64,000 nucleotides of DNA from Podarcis filfolensis. Taxonomy: Eukaryota. The notes under the pieces were generated by a model. It saw only the letters and a program-made list of their open reading frames with translations. It did no database searches and was not told the DNA's origin. Positions 57,600-64,000 of this stretch are shown here, piece by piece (within the stretch, counting starts at the first letter, position 1; every line of letters starts with the position of its first letter). The DNA lies in the NCBI GenBank assembly GCA_964270895.1, contig OZ185436.1; one strand, written 5' to 3'. The translations under genes were made by a program, and so were the position numbers.

Positions 57600-59480
57600 T
57601 CTGGGAAGATCCCCTGCGAGCAGGGATGGGCCTTCGCTGCCAACACCACCTCCAAAGAGAAAGGAGAGCCCCTTTGCCAAAGAGACAGGCGGCCTGTGGA
57701 CAGCCAGGCCTCGCAGCCCAAAGGAAAAGGATGCGGCACTTGGGGGCCCTCGACGCCTCCTCCTTGCGCGGGGATGGCTGCCTGCGGAGGGCCCCCTTGG
57801 CTCCTCTCTGCCTCTCTCCTTCTCCTCCCCTCCAACCCCACCTCCTCTTCTCCTCCTCACAGCCCACCAGCCCCTCCCCTCCAGCCTCCAGACCCCCTCC
57901 TCCCCCTCCCCCTCGCCAGCCCCACCTTCCTTTGTGTAGCGCGTCTCTATCAGATAACTTTCACCCCAAAACTGGAGGAGAAGAGAGGCTGGTACCCGGA
58001 GGCGCGGGATAAGCGCAGATGGGCACCGGGCGCCGAGCTGGACGGCGCGGGCTGGCTCGGGAGGGCGCCGCGGGCGGACGAGCAGGTGGAAGAGGCACCG
58101 CGCGGACCCGCCCCCGCCGCATCCGAAGCGATGCGCCCGGGGAAGGGGTGCGGGGAAGGATACTGCGGGAGGGTGGGGGGAAGAAAGGGGGCGCGTCCTG
58201 GCACCGAGGTGGCTCCCACAGGGCTGGTGCGCGCCTCCGACCCCCCAATTTTAGGGGTGGAAAACGCCCTCGGGACTTCTCTGAACTGCTCCCCTCCTCA
58301 AAAGAGCTCCGTGGGGCTCCAGGGCGGGACGCCGCTCAATATCCCCCCTCCGCCCCGGACTCTGAAAAGGCTGCTGGAGCATCCTCGGGCTGTGCCCTCC
58401 TTGCGCCCCACAGAAAAAGGCCTCGCCCCAGCTCCCGGGCCTGGCCGCGCGTTGCCAATGCACCATTTTGGGTTGCTAATGGCTTCTCCCCCCCCCCGCG
58501 CCCCCCAGTCATGTCCCAGGTCCGGGAGGCGAGGAATCTCCCGGATCGCCTCTATGGGGAGCGGGAGGGTGGCGGGGGGGGGAGAGCGCTGTTGGCGACT
58601 CCCGGTAGAAAAGCGGGCGGGCAGACGCCGCCCACGCCCCCCTGCACAAAGCAGAGACGGCAGCCAGCGCCCCCTCCCCACCGCGGGGACAAAGAGCCCG
58701 CTCCCCCGGGGGGGCTTACCAGTCGGTGGGGCTGTCCTCGCCGATCACCTCCTGGTACGAGGCCAGCAGCTCCAGGCGGTTGGCGCCGAAGCTCACGCCA
58801 GCCATGCCGGCGGCGGAGAGAGAGGGATGCTGCTTTCCGGGACGTCGGCGGAGGGGCAGCGAGGGAGCCGCGCTCGGATGGAGACAGGCCGCCTGCCTGC
58901 TTGCCTCGGAGACACTGCAGCAGTAGCAGCCGAGGGAGGGAGCCGGGCGGCGCGGAGAGGAGGCTCCGCCTGCTGGCGCACCCGGTCCTAGCGCCGGCCG
59001 CGGCTCAGCATCCCCCTCCCGCCCCTCGGCCGCCTCTCCAACGCCGCCGCCGCCCACCTCCTCTCGATTTGTCCACATGTGGGTTGCCTGGGATCAGCCA
59101 TCTTGAGCTGGATCACTTCAGGCACCACCACGTATGTGCGACGGCGGCTCCCGCTTACATTCGGCCCGAGGGGACGGGGAGAGCCGAAAGTTAGAACTTG
59201 AGGCACCTGCGCCGTCGGGCCCAAGTTTTTGCAACAAAAACCTGAGCTCCATAGAGGAGAAGTTCCCTCACACTTTTTAAAGCTCAGAGTTGCTGCGGCA
59301 GCGCAGAGGGGTCCAGAGAAAGGGGCACTCTGCGCACGCTCAGAGGCACTCACGCTCATCGCAACTTTACACGGTTGGCAGCTGAGCCTTGCCCGGTTAA
59401 GTGTTATAGGTCTGGGAAAGAGGGCCAGACTTCGCGCAGGACACACCAGAGCAGAAGCTGGCAATTGAAATGACTACGCT
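57600..59480 (-). promoter_or_regulatory. DBN1: DBN1 CpG island promoter, 5'UTR and start of intron 1
   Basis: GC/CpG-rich island spanning exon 1; strong Kozak gccggcATGG; TSS probably ~59000-59060 (inferred). Confidence 0.85.
58720..58805 (-). CDS. DBN1: Drebrin, exon 1 (start codon)
   Basis: MAGVSFGANRLELLASYQEVIGEDSPTD(W); donor TG|GTAAGC; 86 nt. Summed exons give 664 aa (E) or 711 aa (A) with no internal stops. Confidence 0.97.
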
Positions 59481-61736
59481 GCCGGCTGAGCTGGGATGCA
59501 GCCTCAAGCTCAGCATCAGTGATCTACACCAAACCTTCAGCTGCATCGATATTGTAGCGTCAGTCAGAACTGACTCATCCTCATCTCATGCACTTCAATA
59601 GAAAGTGAAGTCTCGCTGCCTACTGCAGTTCAGATCGCATTCTTGTGATCTCAGGGGGGGTGTGGGGGACACTTGGTGGCACTGTGTGAAAAATCCCATT
59701 TTGTTGCTAGCACACTGTTTGCTATATAGCAATCATGACTAAACTTTGAGTGATTGACAATACCCAGCCAAACAGAACCTCATGGTTTTGTAGTAGTAAT
59801 CCCAGCACATCTCTCATTCTACCCAGGATGCCTCCATACAAGCCAGTCTGGAACCATCATATACACTTAGCATCCTCTCAACAAGCCCACCACCACCACT
59901 TGTTATAGCCCTACTCAAATGGCTCTTTTGGGAATCCGGAGGAGCTCTTAAAGGATTTCTGGATCCCACTTTGCCTCTTGACTTCAAGGTCTTCTCTGAA
60001 AGTGGCCTGGAAAAGCAATCTCACTCCCATACAGTGTGGGCAGCATCTGGGCCTCCATGGCACCTTATGAAGTAGGTGCCAACATTCTTCAAGTGTGAGG
60101 TGTTTTTTTCCTCTTAGCACTGCATTTCTTTTCTCAGTCACCTGGCACTTCAAAGCAAAGCCCACGTGGTTTCTAGCAGAAATGCAATTCAGACTTGAGC
60201 TACTGTGGAGGTGACCTAGTCTAGGTGATAGAGAAGCCTTTCTATAACAACAACAACAACAGAATAAACCCTGTTGCTTTGGTCACTGTCTACCAGTACT
60301 TGCCTGGCACTCCCAAAATTCAATGGGAAAGGCTTAAGCCTCTGCAACCTCTCCCCAAAACAGAAATCCTGGTCGTGACATGCCATAAGGCCTCCCTATT
60401 TTCAAGAAGCAATTTATGAATGGAGTCAAGCTGGGGTTTCCATCTGTCCTAAAGCTCTGCTTATAGATTATCAGCCAATTACGTTCCTTGTGATTATGGC
60501 CTTTAAGAATTCATCCAGCCTGTGGCTTTGATGATGCTTTGCCTCTCTGGAAAAATCTGTTCCATTTAAGAAAAAAAGGGAAAACACCCACATCCCCGTA
60601 AGAAGAAAAACCATTCTCCTTGCATAAAGCAAAGCAAGCGACCCCAAAGACAGTGTGACAGGACAACAGCAGCACTCACCCTAACATACGCCCCCTTGCA
60701 AGACACAAATCAAAGCTAGCAGGAAGCACAAACCAAGTAGTTCCCTACAACAAGAACTGCAAGCATCAAGGAAGTTTCTCGCCAAATATAGGATCAGTAA
60801 CCACTAAAGCAGAAGCTGGAATGAAAGCACAAATGCTACAAGCTGCACGAGGGAGGGGGACCCTGAATAGCCGGCCAAACAGAAACAGCCACACAGCAGA
60901 CATAAGCTGCATCAAGGCTGCAAATAAGGAAGTGCACGAAATACTTCTCCAAGTTGCCAACTGTGTTTATCTCTGAAAACGAGTCCTTGAATTCAAGCTA
61001 TTCTCAGTCACCAAGAGGTCTCTGGGCAATCTTTATGCTACCCTAAGCAGGTGCCGTGTTCTTTGGGACCAAGTCATTAACTTTGACCAATGAAGATTCA
61101 TATATATGGTTTTGCCGATGCAGATGCCTTCCTCTGTTTAGGCCCACTGTGACCATCCTCTCCTTCGCTCACATTAACCTGCAAGCAGCCACTGCCGCAA
61201 AAGGGCTTTGCTTATTTATGCTGGAGGCAGCCTCGCACACCACAGCGCCCAATCTGCTCCCGGACTGCCTGATTTTCCATTAAAACATTTACAGTAGCAA
61301 TACAGGTATGAAATCAAACTCCCGGCCAACAGGATATCACAGGCAGTTCCTGCTAAGTTGGGCAGTGCTAAGCTTTCTCTGCACCACTGTTGCTAGCATT
61401 TTCTGAAATGAAAAGTTACCACTCGGCTGAAAGTTGTTCTGCAGCTGTCACTTTTCAACAGAGAGGCCGTATTCAGTTTCAGCAATGCTGAGTTCCTTAG
61501 TCGCGTGCACAGTATTTCCACGAAACTATTCCCTTTTGCTTTCCCTCTCTGAGCATAAGAGGGAGGGCTCAGGTTGCTTCTTCCCAAGTAGGACTAATAT
61601 TAGTTTCTAGAGTATCTGTCACACCATATAACCCGCACCTGTATTTTTCACCCACTTTTCACCCCCTTCCACACACTGCCCTTTTAAAGACAAATCAGCA
61701 CAACTCACATATGTGACAAAAGAATTAAAGACATAT

Positions 61737-61742
61737 TTTATT
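61737..61742 (-). terminator. PDLIM7: PDLIM7 polyadenylation signal (candidate)
   Basis: AATAAA on - strand ~1.2 kb past the stop, followed by U-rich sequence. Confidence 0.5.
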
Positions 61743-62963
61743 AGGCATTCAAAGCACCACCAAGGTGGCAAAGAATTGAAGACTCCCAGCCGGACAGCAC
61801 GGTTCTGGGAAACACACTTAGAGCAAAACAGAAATAATAACTCTTTGGTAGGGATGCTCTGGGGCCACATCCAGCCCAGGGCTGTGCGCTGCAAGCAAAC
61901 GCAGCGTTGTATGGCTGGGGAGTGAATCACACGTTCATCTCATGGTGCGAGGAGAAGCAGCTTCTGCTGGTGTGGAGAAGAGGGCTGGATCCTGTGACAA
62001 CTCTGTTCTCCATGGCATTTTAAATTTACTTTGCTTGAAGTCTGTTGCAACTTTATAGCACAAGGCTCTACACACCTTGGAGGTAGTCTGTTTCCAGCTC
62101 TAGGAAAGGAGTGGCTAAGTCTTGGGAGGGGAAAGAAAGCTCTTTCTTTTTCTTTTTTCTTTTTGACTTGGTTCTTCCCAATTTCACTAGGGCCACATGT
62201 CTACATGGAGGTGAGTTTCCATCACTGAAAGTGGAAATACATACTAACAGGCAGGACAGAGCCAGGCCTGGATCACCGAACTCACTTGCGATGCCTTCTC
62301 AAGGAAGGAAAGGCAGACAGGAGCCAAAGTTGGTAGTTACAACACAAAGGAGGCAAGAAGTCACAAGCAGGAGCCCTACTCTGGCATTGGGAAAAGCTGT
62401 CGCCCCAAGAGGGCGAGGCAGCAAGCGTTCACATACACCTGAGGCAGTTAACAGACCTCCTAGGTAAGATCAAGTGTCAACTCTGCCTGCTTTGCAACAG
62501 CCACTAACGTATGGGATCCTTCAGCTAGGAAGTAACATTTCTGGGGCTCCACCTCTTTGGCTGCAGCTGTGACAAGAGCACAAAAGTGACAAGAGGCACG
62601 GGCAAATCCTTTGGACATATGGTGACACTGGCTTCACAGCATGCAGAAGGGGGGGTGGTGATTCTGCCCCTGTCACTCAGTGCTGGTGCAGAATGGAATT
62701 CTATTTGAAAAAGAGCAGCAGCCTAAAGCTCAGACTCTAAATCCATGTACCTGAATCCTTGCAGAGTACTGAAGGGAAATCTGAGCACTGCAGCTCCCCC
62801 ATTGGGAATGATTGTCAAGTGAAGGGTTTGGGGTGGGGTGTGGGGGCAGCTCTCTCAGGACAGGACAGGACAGGGCAAAATGTGGGGGAAAGAGGAATGC
62901 AGGGCTTGGGCGAGCAGCAGCTTGGGCAGTCAGATCTACTCTTCCCCACCTACTTCCTCCTCC

Positions 62964-63050
62964 TCACACATGTGAGAAAGCATGGCTCTTGCACAGGGGC
63001 TTATCCTTTTTAGAGTAGAATGTCTTTCCTTCCAAGTTGATCTGGCAGAT
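62964..63050 (-). CDS. PDLIM7: PDZ and LIM domain protein 7 (Enigma), last coding exon
   Basis: cacag|ATC; [28 protein letters not shown], the end of LIM3; 87 nt. Confidence 0.95.
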
Positions 63051-63484
63051 CTGTGGGGGGAAGGAAGGGAGGAAGGACTCAGTGAGGCAAGCATCAGTTC
63101 CACGCTCACAGGCCCACCACCCACTTCAGCTCATCCACAGGGACAAAAGAGGAAGGGCAAAGCCACAGGAATCGCCCAATGCACCACTGCCCGGCTTCAC
63201 CCCCAACAGTCGTTGCCCTGCTAGACCTAAGGCATTGCCAGTCAGCAGGAGGCACCCGAGAGTGCTTGCCACAAAGGCAAGCAAGGACGAAAGGTTAAAC
63301 CAGACAGCTCCACCCCCAGGGAAAGAGCCAAGCTCAGAAGCCTCATCTGACAAGCTTCATGCTAGCAAATTGCTGCCCCTGCCTGCCAGCGATGTCCCTC
63401 TATCACGGAATGCTCCTGGAGCAAAGGCTGGATGGGGTTAGTTAGACCAGTGGAAGGTGGTGGGTGGTGGAAAGAGGTGCTCAC

Positions 63485-63600
63485 CGCACAGACGAAGCAA
63501 GTGTCATGCCAGCTGAAGCCCAGCGCCTCCAGGAATCGATCGCCAGCGTCTATCTTGAAGTCACAGCCACGGCATTTGGTTCCAAACATCTTCTCATAGT
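63485..63600 (-). CDS. PDLIM7: PDLIM7, penultimate coding exon (LIM3)
   Basis: ctcaag|AC TAT; [38 protein letters not shown]; donor GCG|GTGAGC; 116 nt; gene continues beyond the window. Confidence 0.96.
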
Positions 63601-63834
63601 CTTGAGGCAGGGAGAGAAGGGGGAGGAGAGATTAGGCCAAGGTGTTCAGAATCTGGAGGCCGAGCTAGGAAGAAGAGCGCTGCTGCTTACATGAGCCGTT
63701 GCCACAGCACCACCCGTCCCACTCACCCGCTTGGCAAAGGGAGGCTGCTTTGATTGCAGCACCATGTTCAAAGAGCAGCTAGGATCAAAGGCACTTGCCT
63801 TAACACCAAGCCTGTCTGTATATCAACTGGCAAG

Positions 63835-63928
63835 GAGTCCTGTCCTCCCCAGCCCTACCTGGAGATGCCAGGAATTGAACCAGGGACCTTTCGCATTTAA
63901 AGCACGCACTCTACCACAGAGCTACAGA
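63835..63928 (-). mobile_element. tRNA-derived SINE head (Squam2-like)
   Basis: ctggagatgccaggaattgaaccagggacctt...ctctaccacagagctacag. Confidence 0.65.
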
Positions 63929-64000
63929 CTGGGTTGCTAGAGTCTGGATCACTGCCCCAGTGATCTCAGCTACCAGCGCCTTCCCCCTCTGATCCAGTGT

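Noticed and set aside
57489-59194. 500-aa and 391-aa + strand ORFs
   Set aside because: They span the DBN1 CpG island antisense to exon 1; low-complexity Pro/Arg/Gly/Ala content with no domain, typical of stop-poor GC-rich DNA

Overview
Vertebrate (squamate, most likely lacertid lizard, judged from the SINE/MITE/LINE repertoire) genomic DNA syntenic with the human PRR7-DBN1-PDLIM7 cluster. Gene models were built by hand from splice sites and frame continuity. (1) PRR7 on + strand: CpG-island promoter ~8-9.6 kb, two coding exons (16172-16502, 17441-17829), 239 aa. (2) DBN1/drebrin on - strand, complete: 15 coding exons from 58805 to 19594, including the neuron-type drebrin A cassette exon; 664 aa (E form) or 711 aa (A form); one GC-AG intron; a 23.8-kb intron 1. 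(3) The last two coding exons and 3'UTR of PDLIM7 on - strand. Introns carry tRNA-derived SINEs, a Sauria SINE, L2/CR1/L1 3' fragments, hAT and Tc1/mariner-type MITEs, and a Penelope-like fragment. There is a 183-N assembly gap in DBN1 intron 6. No prokaryotic-type system, CRISPR array or genuine tRNA/rRNA gene is supported. The most intriguing unexplained structure is an intragenic CpG patch with a palindromic TATA at ~47.2-47.8 kb, flanked by a perfect minus-strand donor (possible alternative DBN1 first exon starting MGC) and by plus-strand donors plus a strong acceptor/poly(A) exon at 48.6-48.9 kb (possible spliced antisense RNA). That model is inference only. Repeat family names come from recall of consensus sequences, not a database search.
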